Notes under the pieces: model-generated | The model's database searches: none | What the model saw: the letters and a program-made list of their open reading frames with translations, nothing else | Told to the model about the DNA's origin: nothing | DNA from: Octopus vulgaris | Lineage: Eukaryota | Reading direction: 5' to 3' | NCBI GenBank assembly: GCA_951406725.2 | Contig: OX597824.1 | Coordinates: 15,748,001 to 15,812,000 of the forward strand | DNA length: 64,000 nt | Position numbers and translations under genes: made by a program | Part shown: in pieces, positions 14,928 to 29,375 of the stretch | Layout: every line of letters begins with the position of its first letter | Position numbering within the stretch: position 1 is the first letter of the stretch

Positions 14928-15130
14928 AGGCGGCGAGCTGGCAGAAATGTTAGCACGCCGGGCGAAATGCTTAGAGGTATTTCGTCTGCCGCTACGTTCT
15001 GAGTTCAGATTCCGCCGAGGTCGACTTTGCTTTTCATCCTTTCGGTGTTGATTAAATAAGTACCAGTTACGCACTGGGGTCGATATAATCGACTTAATCC
15101 GTTTGTCTGTCCTTGTTTGTCCTCTCTTGT
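14928..15130 (+). mobile_element. SINE family A
   Basis: Full head and body match to other copies. Confidence 0.92.
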
Positions 15131-15189
15131 TTTACCTCCAGCGTGGTAACGATTCCACCATCTCGCTGCCTCGTTTCGGGATCAATCCT

Positions 15190-15510
15190 ATGGCGCGGCA
15201 ACTTGATCAAGTGTTTTCTACTCTTGCCTACTGTGGATCAATGCCTTGTGAGTGTATTTGATTAGCGGAAACTGTGTGGAAGCCCGTCAGCCTGTCATAT
15301 ACATACATACATAGATATATGTGAGTGTATATCTGAGTCTTTGTGTCAGTATTTGTCACACCCTAGCCATCGCTTGACAACCGATGTTGTTTTGCTTACG
15401 TCCGTGTAACTCACCGACTCGGCAAAGTACTGAAGTCGATTTGTTTGGCAAAAACGCTCCAAGGCGGTGCCCCAGCTTGGCCACAGTCCAATAACTGAAA
15501 CAAGTAAAAG
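15190..15510 (+). mobile_element. diverged SINE family B
   Basis: GCCTTGTGAGTGTATTTG...GACTGAAACAAGTAAAAG-like landmarks. Confidence 0.75.
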
Positions 15511-15890
15511 ACAGGCGATAAAAGACGCAGCAGCCACAACGATAACGAAAGACAATAATTTCAATACTATAACATCAATAATAAAAATAAACAACAACAA
15601 AAAAACTTACTAGCTCTATTGATTTAAGCGTTAAAGTGTCAATTATGTTCAGGTATTTTAGCAATTAAACATCGCACGTTCATTATATAAAGCTAGTTTA
15701 CCAATTAAGCGTTTAAAACGTTCATTATATGAAGGTATTTTAAGCAATTTACGCAATTATCGAACGAATTTAGCTATCTTTAAATGGCTGGTTTAGTAAG
15801 CTAATAACGAAATAAAAACAGGACGGAACATAAAAGGATTTGAAAAAGAAATTTCATTACATAGAAGAATGTATTGAAATCTCTAAATTC

Positions 15891-16072
<182 letters not shown>

Positions 16073-16193
16073 TATATTCTTTCCATTGCTGCGTTTACTA
16101 GTTCTCATTCTTATCCTTTGAAACTGAAGGTTTGAGTTTTATTTCGAGCTGTACCCCTTATTTGTGTTTGCTTGATCTAAATACTGTTCAACA

Positions 16194-16645
16194 AGGGTGG
16201 CGAGCCGGCAGAATCGTTAGCACGCCGGGCACAATGCTTAGCGGTATTTCGTCTGTCTTTCCGTTCTGAGTTCAAACTCCGCCGGGGTCGACTTTGCCTT
16301 TCATCCTTTCGCGGTCGATTAAATTTTGTACCAGTTTTGTACTGGAGTCGATCTAATCGACTTAATCATTTTGTCTGTCCTTATTTGTCCCCTCTCCGAT
16401 CGAAGAAATAAAAACACTGTTCAACAACGTTTGACTCTCCCTAGGCGGCGACCTGGCAGAATTGTTAGCATGCAGGGCAAAATGCTTAGCGGCATTTCGT
16501 CCGTCTCTATGTTCTGAGTTCAAATTCTGCCGAAGGCTTTCATCCTTTCTGAGTCGATAAAATAAGTACCGGTTGTGAACTGAGGTCGATGTAATCGACT
16601 TACCCCCGTACCTCAAAATTACTGGCCTTGTATCTATAATAGAAA
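16194..16645 (+). mobile_element. two adjacent SINE family A copies (16194-16411, 16443-16645) with different tails
   Basis: Two heads (GGTGGCGAGCCGGCAGAA, GGCGGCGACCTGGCAGAA). Confidence 0.88.
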
Positions 16646-16805
16646 AACATAATTTTGTGCGCGTATGTAGATATATATCTATGTGTGCACATGCGCAAGC
16701 ACACAATACGCTTCATCTCATCTCATACATATATACGTTACATACATATACGTTACATACATACATGTATACATACATATATTCATACATATGTATGTAT
16801 ATGTA

Positions 16806-16875
<70 letters not shown>

Positions 16876-16980
16876 CAAGACAGAAACAAGGAAAATGCCA
16901 CTTATATTTGAACACTATACAAATATTCCTTTAAAAAGACATTTCTTTTAATTTTTCTAAATTTAATTATTTAATCGTTA

Positions 16981-17018
16981 CAGTTGAAAAGGTCTCAAAA
17001 TGACAGAAACCGGTACTG
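16981..17018 (+). ncRNA. degenerate hammerhead motif
   Basis: CAG TTGAAAA ggtc tcaaaat gac a GAAAC CG GTA^CTG; two core substitutions; palindromic ACCGGT helix III. Confidence 0.45.
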
Positions 17019-17099
17019 AAATGTTCTTTATAAAATTATTTTAGCATTTTCTATTTCGACTTATTTTTTCATATGAATATATATATATATACATATCCA

Positions 17100-17156
<57 letters not shown>

Positions 17157-17189
17157 ATCTATCTATCTATCTATCTATACATATATATG

Positions 17190-17247
<58 letters not shown>

Positions 17248-17821
17248 CGTGATCACCGCCATCAGATGTTGCTACACATCGCTGGGCACGATGCGCTTCG
17301 CATTGTTTTAGCCTTCAAATGACGCCACCTCGCTGGCTAAGCGAGCAGGCCAATATATATATATATCATATTGTCGCAAGACAAAGATATATTTATATTT
17401 TATTAACACACTGACTTAACCCACCGCCCTATATATGTATATATACGTATGCGTGCGAGTGTGTGTGCGTGTATGTGTGTGTGTGTGTGTTTGAATGTTA
17501 AAACGAATTAAGGTATATTAAATAACATACAAGATAAATTTTCACTTTACTTAAATTATCACGCTTACAGAGAGACGACACCAATCGTGTAATGCTGACT
17601 CCAGATGAAACAGGGGGAGATAATCTCATGAGTGAAATATTCTCCCAAATACACGAGCAATTATGGAAAATTCTCTATAATTATCTGAAGAGAAGAGGAT
17701 AAGATATATACTCATATATACGTTTGTTTTATATAAATATATATGTTATACATAATATATATATATCTATAACTATATCTATGTATATATACATATATAT
17801 ATATATACATATATTATGTAT

Positions 17822-18266
17822 AGGGGCAGCGTGACGGTGTAGTAAGAAGCTTGCTTACCAACTACATGACCAAAGCCCTGTGAGTGTATTTGGTAGACGG
17901 AAACTGAAAGAAGCCCGTCGTATATATATATATATATATATATATACGGTAAAATTCGGTCCTTTTCCATACCGGAAAACTACTTGGTGAAATTTGTTGA
18001 TTTTATTAAATTAACTACATTTCACCCTTTATCTGTATATATATATATATATATAAGTATATGTATATGTTTTGTGTGTCTGTGTTTGTCCCTTCATCGC
18101 TTGACATCAGATGTTGGTATTTTCATGTCCCTCGTAACCTAGAGGTCCGGCAAAAGAGGATAGCATATATACTCGGCTTACAAAGAATAAGTTCTGGGTC
18201 AATTTGTCTGATTAAAGGTGGTGCTCCAGCATGGCCTCAGTCAAATGACTGAAACAAGCAAAAGAA
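17822..18266 (+). mobile_element. SINE family B with ~90-bp insert in its (TA)n
   Basis: Family landmarks on both sides of 17946-18035. Confidence 0.8.
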
Positions 18267-18564
18267 TATATATATATATATATATGATCTCACACGCACA
18301 CTGTTGTCTTTTGTTACGGCCACACTGATCAGCTACTCAGATAGTGACGGGTCTAAGGGCCTGATTTTTATAGGGCCCATTGCAATGATATCCCCGGGGA
18401 GCTGGAGTTAGCGCACACATACACACAAACACACACACACGCTCTGCGTCCACGTATGTATATATATTCCAAAGTGCCTAAGAGACCTGTTGGTTGTTGG
18501 GCCAGTTCACTGTTTAGCCTAGAGTGACTTGGGATACATGAACATAAATGTGTTCATCTTATTA

Positions 18565-18840
18565 TGTTCCTTCTCAAGCCATGCCTGGCTCATAAGGGCC
18601 GGTTTCCCGGTTTCTTGGCGTATAGGTTCCCCACCTGGACGGGACGCCGGTCCGTCGCAGGTGAGCTGCAAGAGGAAAATTGTGGCGAAAGACTCAGCAG
18701 AAGTTCGCCATTACCTTCTGCTGGAGCCGCGTGGAGCTTAGGTGTTTCGCTCATAAACACAGACATCGCCCGGTCTGAGATGCGAACCCGCGATCCCTCG
18801 ACTGCGTGTCCGCTGCTCTAACCACTAGGCTATGTGCTTC
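18565..18840 (-). mobile_element. SINE group C (tRNA-like head), tail type 2
   Basis: Minus-strand head TAGCCTAGTGGTTAGAGCAGCGG...GGTTCGCATCTC. Confidence 0.85.
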
Positions 18841-19212
18841 TAAGTTAATTTTATATACATAAGCCTACATGTATTGTCACCTGCGTTGATTTATCATATA
18901 CTAATCATCATCGAGTGTCCTTATCTGTGGGCGGATTGGCAACAGAAAAAGTGAAATTAAAGCTTTTTTTTTTTGCAGCACACTACGTACTGTGTTCAAT
19001 TCCCGTTGAGGCCATTTTTACATCTTATTTGTCAGGCACAAAAAATACTACTGTTATTGGTATCGTTCGCCTTCTGATAAAATTGGAGGGCTTCTGGTCT
19101 GAGCTACGAACCATTTTTAGAAGATATTTTTTGCAGCCCTTACATTATCGTATCATTAATGCATTTATATTTGAGGGCACAACATACATACATACATACA
19201 TACATACATACA

Positions 19213-19336
<124 letters not shown>

Positions 19337-19472
19337 ATTCAATTATTTCATATAGTATAGTTATTCCTGAGATTTTGTTAGCTTTTAATATGCAAGGATG
19401 TTTGTTGTGTATTTTTTGTTGTCATAAATTATGTTAATTCTATTTACTTTTCCTGTTATTTGCTTGTTTATA

Positions 19473-19504
<32 letters not shown>

Positions 19505-19717
19505 TTTTATTATTATTATTATGGCATGCTTATGTTTTTTTTTGTATTTTTGTTTACTATTTATTGAATTTATTTTTCCATGTGTGTGTGTGCGTGTTTT
19601 TAATATGTTGTATACATATATGTGTGTGCATTTGTGTTTGTATGTGTATGTATGTATTTACGTATGCGTGTATGCATGCATGCATGTACTTGTATGTATG
19701 TGTATATGTATGTGTGG

Positions 19718-19822
<105 letters not shown>

Positions 19823-20054
19823 AGCATACATATATCAAGAGTTAGACGGAACAGCTAGGAATGTATTTAGAGAATTCCATGTAGTTGTGTGTATGCTACT
19901 GTCTTGGCTTAGGTTGTCTACGTGTTTATTGCTTTGTGTGTGTGTGTACATGTGAGGGTGAATATATGTGTGATATGTACACATACATGAGTGTGTATAT
20001 ATATATATTATATATATTTAGGCATTTAATTAACATATATATGTATATGTAATA

Positions 20055-20087
<33 letters not shown>

Positions 20088-21185
20088 GAAATATATATGT
20101 GATATATATATTTAATAAATATATATATATATGTGTGTGTATGTGTGTGTGTGTGTGTGTGCGTGCGACGTGTGTGTGTGTGTACAACTCACCGTACGAA
20201 CATATTTGCACTTCTGATTTAGCTGTGCTTTTTCTTTCGCTACAGAAACTCGGCTTACATATGAATAATTAGATAATTACATAATTAAATAAATCCATAA
20301 CTACCTAAATAAACAAATATATGAATACATAAAAACTATAAAAATGTTAATTAATTAAATGTGAAACCTGAAATCTTCCTTTACAACGTGGAGGAGATTT
20401 CGTGAAGGCAAGCAAAATGCCAGACGCTATTTTTTTTATACACCGTGGGGAATAGTCCAAATATATGTATTAGAAGTGTTTGTTTAGAGGTACCTTGTAA
20501 AATTTAGCTAGAATTAGAATGGTCCTGATTTCAGATATTAAGAAATTTGTAGCGAAGACTACGACTAAGATACGGCTAGAATAGCTATCTTCGTTTATCA
20601 CGGGCCCTTAGTTGCAAAGCAAATGGGTTAAAAATCTACAAAATATAAAAGAAGCGTCAAAACAGTGTTTTACGTGTATCAGTGATAAATGAGTAATTAG
20701 GGAAAATGGGTTTGGTCCCTGGAACCTATGTTGTCTTGAGAATTGTCTACGGTCCCTGGGGCGCGCTTTTGCGTTCCCGTCAGAATCAGTGACTGATTGC
20801 CGACCCCATCTTGTCACCATTTTAAATCAGCGAGATATTTCATCGCGAATATTGCAGGACAACGTAGACAACGAATCAGTGATGTACAAAGGCTTAGTAC
20901 GCGTGCGCGCGAGCTCACACAGACACATACACACACACAAAGCCATTGATAGATCTTATCTCATTACATTGTACGAAACATTGGTGGAGTTACGTTTTGG
21001 TGGGGGTTAGGTGTTTGCTTGTTTCAGAATACATAACAGAGTTAAAGAATAGGCAAAAGAAATTAAGAGGGTGAGAGAAGGAAAACCAGATAGAGACGTA
21101 TATAGATAAACAGATAGACTGACAGACAGACGGACGGACAGAAAGACAGATATACTGTGTGATAGTTTGTGTGACAGGGAATATA

Positions 21186-21702
21186 GCAGAGAGGCTGGAA
21201 GAAACGTTAGCATGCCGGGCGAAATGCTTAGCGGTATTTCGTCTGTCTTTACATTCTGACTTCAAATTCCGCCGAGGTCGACTTTGCCCTTCATCCTTTC
21301 GGAGTCGATAAATTAAATACCAGTTACGCACTGGGGTCGATGTAATCGACTTAATCCCTTTGTCTGTCCTTGTTTGTCTTCTCTGTGTTTAGCCCCTTGT
21401 AGGTAGTAAAGAAATAGGTATTTCATCTGAGGTTACGTCCTGAGTTCAAATTCCGCCGTGGTCGACTTTGCCTTTCATCCCTTCGGGGTCGACTTAATCC
21501 CTTTGTCTGTCCTTGTTTGTCTTCTCTGTCTTTAGCCCCTTGTAGGTAGTAAAGAAATAGGTATTTCATCTGAGGTTACGTCCTGAGTTCAAATTCCGCC
21601 GAGGTCGACTTTGCCTTTCATCCATTCGGGGTCGACTTAATCCCTTTGTCTGTCCTTATTTGTCCCCTCTACGTTTAGCCCCTTGTAGGCAATAAAGAAA
21701 TA
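21186..21702 (+). mobile_element. SINE family A with three tandem body units
   Basis: Body restarts at GTATTTCATCTG near 21418 and 21561. Confidence 0.9.
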
Positions 21703-21774
21703 AGGGAATAATAGAGAGAGGGAAGGAGACCGAGTGTGAATATGAGTGTGAGTGGATGCGTTTGAAACAGAGGC

Positions 21775-21778
<4 letters not shown>

Positions 21779-21835
<57 letters not shown>
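21779..21835. repeat. (GA)n tract just upstream of the long ORF, possibly promoter/5'UTR
   Basis: Direct read; about 70 bp before ATG 21905. Confidence 0.9.
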
Positions 21836-21842
<7 letters not shown>

Positions 21843-21904
21843 AGAGAGGAGAGAGAGGAGAGGTGTGGGAGGAGAGGCGAGAGAGATGACAGTGTAGATA
21901 CTAT

Positions 21905-23011
21905 ATGAGTAAATATCTTCTATGCAGGAGGCCGGCTGGCCAAGAACATTCCGATAACATCCACATCAGCATTGACGATGATGACGACGACGACGATAAC
22001 GACAACAACATCAACAGCAACAACAACAACAACAACAACAACGACGATGACCAAGACCACGATGACCTTGACCTTTGTCCCGATGACTCTCAGCACCAAG
22101 ACCTTCTTCGCCAACGCCAACAACTCCACCTTCATCAACAGCATCATCTGCTCTTCCTTCACCATCACCAACAACAACAACAGCAACAACAGCAGAAGAA
22201 ACAAGGAAAGCAGCAAAAACAAGAACAAATCGAAGAAAAACAACCACAACCATTCGAAGAACACCATCAGCACCTTCCTCATTTTCCCCGCTTCCATCTT
22301 ACCAAACAGCAGCAGCCAGAACACAACCATCATCATCACCATCATCATCATCTTCATCAAGACCTTCACTTCCCTTTCAACCTTCACCTCAGCAACCTCC
22401 AGCACAAAAAACTCACTACCACCACTACTGCTATCACGACTAACAACACGCCTACAACTACAACTACTACTACTACCAGTAGCAACATCGACAGCAATAG
22501 CAACAGCAACAACAGTATCGACAGCTGCAGCAACCACAGCAACAGTAGTAGTAATAACAACAACAACAACAACAATAATAATAATAATAACAACGACCTC
22601 AAAAATGGTGGTAAAATTAAAAGCATTAAAAGTATTATAAGTGATGCTAGTAACCAACAACAGCAACCACAACAACAAGCACAGCTACCGCAGCAACATC
22701 CTCAGATCTTCTGTTTTCCCAATCATCAACACCACAACAGCAACCATCACCATTATAACAACAACAATAACAATAATAAAACAGAATACCAATACGTAAG
22801 CCAACGAGAGTCCTCGAAACAAGACCGAGAAAAGGAAAACGATAAACCGGAAACACGTGACCGGCAAATAAAATATCCGATAAATGAAAGTAAATCAGAT
22901 GACGAAGATGAAGAGATTGAAGTGGATGTTGTTGACGACAGACATCCAATAACAACCACACCTTTGTCAATATTCTGTCAGACAGTAGCTGGTACCGTTG
23001 TGCGACGATAA
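21905..23011 (+). CDS. low-complexity poly-Q/H/N/T/D protein or first coding exon, transcription-regulator-like
   Basis: 1.1-kb stop-free frame containing only triplet repeats with mixed synonymous codons, unlike the di/tetranucleotide flanks; in-frame TGA at 21887 precedes the ATG; acidic DDEDEEIEVDVVDD motif. The 3' boundary may be a splice site rather than the stop. Confidence 0.7.
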   Translation: MSKYLLCRRPAGQEHSDNIHISIDDDDDDDDNDNNINSNNNNNNNNDDDQDHDDLDLCPDDSQHQDLLRQRQQLHLHQQHHLLFLHHHQQQQQQQQQKKQGKQQKQEQIEEKQPQPFEEHHQHLPHFPRFHLTKQQQPEHNHHHHHHHHLHQDLHFPFNLHLSNLQHKKLTTTTTAITTNNTPTTTTTTTTSSNIDSNSNSNNSIDSCSNHSNSSSNNNNNNNNNNNNNNDLKNGGKIKSIKSIISDASNQQQQPQQQAQLPQQHPQIFCFPNHQHHNSNHHHYNNNNNNNKTEYQYVSQRESSKQDREKENDKPETRDRQIKYPINESKSDDEDEEIEVDVVDDRHPITTTPLSIFCQTVAGTVVRR

Positions 23012-24228
23012 GTGTTTTTCTCTGCCGAATGTTCGGTTCGGTTTCGATTCTTAGTTGCATTTCTCGCACATCGTTCGTACCATTGTTAATGGCACACAAA
23101 AAAAAACAAAACGTCTCATATTCGTATGTTCTCCCTCTCAGATTCTCATGATCCATCCTTCTTTGCTATGCCAAATGATTATAATGAAGTACAGTGGATG
23201 GATACTGTAGTACGAGTTTGAAGTTCCAGGTGGAAAAGACGGCTCTATAATCTGGTTTCGCTTACTAGACAGAGACACTTCACTTCATAAATATCAGTGC
23301 AGCCCCCAGGAAAGGTTTGGATGCTACATATTACCATTTTCCTTTCCTAACGATTTCTGTCTGCTCATACCAAGAAATGACTATAAGAGCAAACGTATGG
23401 AATATAAGTTGCTGAACATGGTTCTATAGAAACTAAAGTTTTCTAGGTGTCAGCTTGCCATTTTTACTTTTCAATTAATTTCTATTTTAGAATTTGATTT
23501 CATTTGAAATTTGAAATATTACCTCAAAATATTTAATTCAAAAGGACATTAAACGAAATCACGCACACACATTTATACACACATATGATTAGCTGTATAC
23601 ACTTAATGACACGAGTGTATGTTTGTGTGTCTAGGTGTGTGTATGTGTTTGTTCTCAATTATATGTGTTATATAAACATGTTTCTGGTCAGTAAATAAGA
23701 GTGTACGCATACAACCTTTAAACACATACACCACATATCTATTATTGCAAAAATTGGGTTGATTAGCATTGCAGTGAACTTAAATTTGCCAATGATTTTA
23801 TAATATATATATAAAAGAAAACAGACGTTCAAAATCATACACACAATACACGGGGTAAGATCACGTGATATTATAGAACTAACTCTTCATGTAGAGTTTT
23901 CATTTAGTGTTCAATCCCCGGATGGAATCACTTAAAAAAGCATTAGTAACACTGTCGAGAAAATCAGGAATTTCACAACGGATCTATCTTTGTAAATATG
24001 AAATATAACCTCTGTATAAATTCTAGCTGAAAAATAATTTACAATTATTTATTATGGTTCGAAAAATGAGTTATGCCATGTTTCTCGAAGGTGCCTAGCA
24101 CTTTGGGTGAAGAGTATCAAATTCTTTATTGTGATTTTGAAAAACTTTTAAAAATTGATAGAAAAATATAAAAAAAAAGAAGCAAAATAAGTCTATACAT
24201 GTGCGTGTGTTTGCGAGTGTTTGCGTGC

Positions 24229-24293
<65 letters not shown>

Positions 24294-25438
24294 ATTATGT
24301 ATGGTAGCTGAAAACTGTACAAAGATAACTTTTATATTAATTAGACAGACTGTTAATTAGTTGAATTTGTATGGAAAAAGTAGGGTTGATTGGATGAAAC
24401 CCATTGTGAAATTGGTAATTATTTTTGTTTCTCTCAGAGGAACGGAATATAAAAGTTGACTTCCATGACATTTGAACACTGTCTTGTAAATGTTCCCTGC
24501 AGTTGTGAATTAAAAGTATAAATAAACAATATGAAATATTCCAAAGCTAATCAGAGTAAAGAAATGGTAATGAAAGTAGACTAAAAGCAAAGTTGGCGAA
24601 GAATGAAAAAGAAAAAAATCGAGAAAAAAAAAAAGAGAAAATTTGGCATGATAGAAGAATACGACGGTGGTATTGGCAAATATCCAAACATGAAAATTGA
24701 TAATAAAAACAATTAAAAAATTAATAAAATATTCCAGATTGTAAATATTACATTTAGAATAATTTTGTTAAATTCTTTAGTCTGTTGATTCTATAGATGC
24801 TTAAATATCCGTCAATTGTGCTTTGTTTGGAGAAGAATAAAATGTTTGAACTCTATGAAGAACACAAGAATCTAAAGACTAACGTTTGTCAGAAAAAAAA
24901 AAACATTCAATATGTACACAATCATATACATATACATTTTTACAAATCCAGAAGATTATATACATTTCATATACATACATGGTTATGTATAAAATATACA
25001 CATATACGAATAGAGATTGAATCTGTATAAACAAAAAAAATAACGATCCTGAAATTCGAATCACTCGTAACTGGGTTTTTTTTTTTTTACCTGCTTCTGC
25101 ATCAATGCATGTATGATTTTTTTTTTGTTCATCTATATGAGTACCTGCCAAAAACAATAGGTTGTAATAAATGTATATAAATATATAAATATAATATGTA
25201 TATGTGTGTTTGTAATTAGTGGTTTATTTTATAGCATGTCATTCGCTGTCAATATGTTCTGTTGAAAACTTAAAGTACAAGATGAACGGAACAGAAAGGA
25301 AATATTGAAGACTGTACGGAAAATAGGAAAAAAGGAAAAAGCCAAGTTTAAGTAATATCAATAAACATATGTACATACATACATACATAAATATATACAC
25401 ACGCATACAAACATATATATGGACGTGCCATTATTGAA

Positions 25439-25482
<44 letters not shown>

Positions 25483-25640
25483 TAAATATTATATATTATA
25501 TATGCATATATATAAATATATCCATATATATATACATATATATACAAACCAACATCTATAAGTATATATACATGCACATATAAGTACAGAACATCAAAAT
25601 TTATATATTGTTTATATTATTATGTGATCGAACGCTACGC

Positions 25641-25831
<191 letters not shown>

Positions 25832-26680
25832 TAGTAGTGTATAAGTCGCGATAAATACCCAATACAAAATATATGAATATATGACGAGAAATAAAAATAA
25901 TACAAAATAAAATATAATAAATTAAAGTGGTATTACGTTATTTTAATATGCTTGAATTAAACAAACATTTGTGAAAAGAAGGAACGACGTAAAAATTAGA
26001 AGAAAATTTTGTTTTATCGAAGCAGAAACATATAAATGGAAATTATGATGATGGCAGCGACATAGCGATGTAGCAGCAGCAGCAGCTGCTGTTGATGATG
26101 ATGATGATGATGATGATAATAATGTTGATGATAATTATAAAATAAGTCACAAGGATAACAGCGATATTATTCATATACTCCTCTTCCTCCTCCTCCTCCT
26201 CCTCCTCCTCCTCCTCCTCCTCATCATCATCATCATCATTATCGTTGTTGTTGTTATCATTAATGCAGAAACGAAATAAATTTATGAAATTTTTCGCAAA
26301 ATAAAAGACATAAACTATATATATTGAAGGAACGAAATTTGCGAACAGACAGACATCCAGCATGGCAGAATAAATTTCATAGCGAAACATCAAAACATGG
26401 CGGAATAATGGTTGTTTGATTTTAATGTGTTCCAATTATTATTTCTTTTTTTTTATTCTGTGCTATTTTTGTTTTTGTTGTTGTTCATTTGTGATTTTAT
26501 GAGGTTTTGTTTCTTGTACATTATATGGTTGCTTTAAAATATTTAATTTTCACGTAAATATTTTACGACGAATTCAAAACATTAAAAGACGCTGCGTGTC
26601 ATATTTGTATGACTTACATGCATACATGCACAAATATATACATGCATACGGAGGAACATATACATGATGGCAAATGAAAA

Positions 26681-26729
<49 letters not shown>

Positions 26730-26769
26730 GTATATATATATATGCATGTGTGTGAACGTGCATGGTTTC

Positions 26770-26806
<37 letters not shown>

Positions 26807-26886
26807 ATCTATCTATCTATCTATCTATCTGTCTATCTATTTATCTGTCTATTTACATATGAATATGTTTATATGTGTCTATATAC

Positions 26887-26938
<52 letters not shown>

Positions 26939-26968
26939 GTATGTATATCCATATATATATATATATGC

Positions 26969-27040
<72 letters not shown>

Positions 27041-27069
27041 ATATGTATATATATATATATATACATATA

Positions 27070-27652
27070 CGAGGGGAAGTAGAAAATTATCCGCACTTTC
27101 ACCACAAAATATCTATATTGTTGTCACACTGCCTTCTGCGCATGCGGGATTCTAGTTGGTACTATCGAGGTCACGTGATCGAAGTTTGAGCCTGATCGCG
27201 CCAGTTTTCTCTTTTGGCTTTACAGTGTAAGCATGGCTGCTCCACTAGCAATGTGCACCAAACAGAACAAAGAGCAGCGACCCGATTTCTGTGGGCGAAA
27301 AATGTGTCAGGTGCTGAAATTCATTGGGGGATTTTATCGCAATACGGGGACAGCGCATTACCGCTTCGATGTGTGCATGAGTTTGAAAGTAGCCGGAAAA
27401 GCCTGAGAAAATAATAGTCAAACGATTCATCATTACCATCTCTCGGATCATTACCCCTTGTTCTTCTGTTGTGAACTTTGCTAGTGGGGCAGTCACGCTT
27501 ACACTGTAAAGCCAGAAAGAAAAATGGCGGGATCAAACTTCGATCACGTGACCACACTAGTACTAATTATAAGCACGCATGCGCAGAAATCAGTGTGACA
27601 ATAATAATAATATTTTATGGCGAAAGTACGGATAATTTTTGACTTCCCCTCG
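27070..27652. mobile_element. mariner-derived non-autonomous element with ~200-bp inverted arms
   Basis: TA|CGAGGGGAAGT...ACTTCCCCTCG|CA termini; internal EQRAATRFLWAKNVSGAEIHWGILSQYGDSALPLRCVHEF resembles the mariner transposase N-terminal HTH. Confidence 0.85.
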
Positions 27653-27665
27653 CATATATATATAT

Positions 27666-27796
<131 letters not shown>

Positions 27797-28328
27797 CATT
27801 TAATTAAAATTGTGTATGTGACCAGATATTTTAAGTCATATTTACTACCAGTCAGACTCCTTGAAGCAGAAACGGCGTGATTCACAGTAATTTCAAACAT
27901 GTGCTTAGAAGCGTGTCTGCAAGAACTTGGAACTTGGGTTGTTAATTTAATGCATGCAAGTGTTGAAATAAGATGACAATAATTTCAACTAAGCACAATT
28001 TATAGCGCAAGTTCAAGTGGAAGGACGCATATCTGTGCGTTGAGGTAATCTGTATTACTTTCCAGTATATCTTAAACGCTGTCGTTCTAGATTGTCAAAG
28101 ACCAAATATTACTTGAGATATATCTATCTAGTGAGGAAAATTCGATATTTGTCAATGATTAATACTATTCTAATTATTTCAGGAACTACGGGAGATGATC
28201 TTAAGTTGTTTCCATATTATTAAACCCTCATTAGCGACGAAATTATTTCGCCGTACTTGTCGAATAAGTGACATGAAAATATACAATACTCTACATTTGG
28301 TGGTACAGATATATTAAATTGTTTAAAA

Positions 28329-28400
28329 CAAGTGTCTCCAATCACGGGGCCGCTGACCAGTAGTTGACCATGGATCATTTGTTATCAGGCCGCACAGAAA
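28329..28400 (+). mobile_element. possible hAT/Charlie-like terminus
   Basis: CAAGTGTCTCCAATCACGGGGCCGCTGACCAGTA...GGCCGCACAG recalls MER1/Charlie-type ends; partner end not found. Confidence 0.35.
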
Positions 28401-29079
28401 GACTAAATTTTAAAATCTTCTTTCTACTTGATTGATTATCGCAGTCTGTAGAGTGTTTCTGCATTATATATGTATTATATATGTAATATATATATGTATT
28501 ATATATGTAATATACATGTATTATATATCTAATAATTAAATAATATATTACGTTTTAACTGTGTTTTTTATGTGCATGATACCCCAATTCAAAGAGAAAT
28601 TTATTTCATGGAACCAATACGTAGTGCGAATAGTTTGGGGAACGATGGTCTACAACACCACACAAATTACGTATCAAGAAAGTTTCAAACTAAATCCTTG
28701 GTTATTAGTATACCAAACACAATCTTCTCTTATTGGCGATTTGATTTCGAATTTTTGTTAATCGATGAATTCCACTTTCCATCTAAATTTTAATGAATAT
28801 AAAAGAAAAAAAACAATAACAATCGAATATTTTGTTATCTGTTATTTTTGTTAAAGTATAAAAAATTCTTCTAAAATGTATCGGTTCATATTCGATTCTG
28901 TTTTTGTGTAAAGACTTACTTAGGAAGGGAGAGAAGCAAAATTGAAATACAGATAGGGAAATGTGAAAAACTGTCTCTATCTCAAGTAAATGAGGGGTCT
29001 GAAATTAAAAGCAACATATACAAAGATTTAGGCAAAAACCACATTATCTATGAAATTATAACTGGCTCTCTATTAGCTA

Positions 29080-29375
29080 CGGCGACGAGTGTTGTTCTGG
29101 TCAACGGATCGGCCCTGCTCGTGAAATAAACGTTCAAATGGCTCAGCATTGCACAGACACGCTTGACCTTAACGTAATTCTCAGGGCAATATGACATGAC
29201 ATAAAAGTGACAAGGCTGACCTTGAAATACAGGTACTACTTATTAATGCCTGTTGAATGGACTGGAGCAACAAGAAATAAAATGCCTTGCTCAAGAACAC
29301 TATTCACCACGGGGTATTGAACTCCCGACATTCTGGTCATGAACCGAACATCCTACCCATTAAGCCACGCGCCTT
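29080..29375 (-). mobile_element. diverged SINE group C, tail type 1
   Basis: Reverse complement aligns to 35606-35933. Confidence 0.8.

Noticed and set aside
21920-22678. Hydrophobic 252-aa minus-strand ORF and 222-aa alternative-frame ORF
   Set aside because: Shadows of the triplet-repeat exon in the 21905 frame.
26043-26435. Poly-D/E/N/I ORF on the - strand
   Set aside because: Compound triplet microsatellite with non-protein-like flanks.
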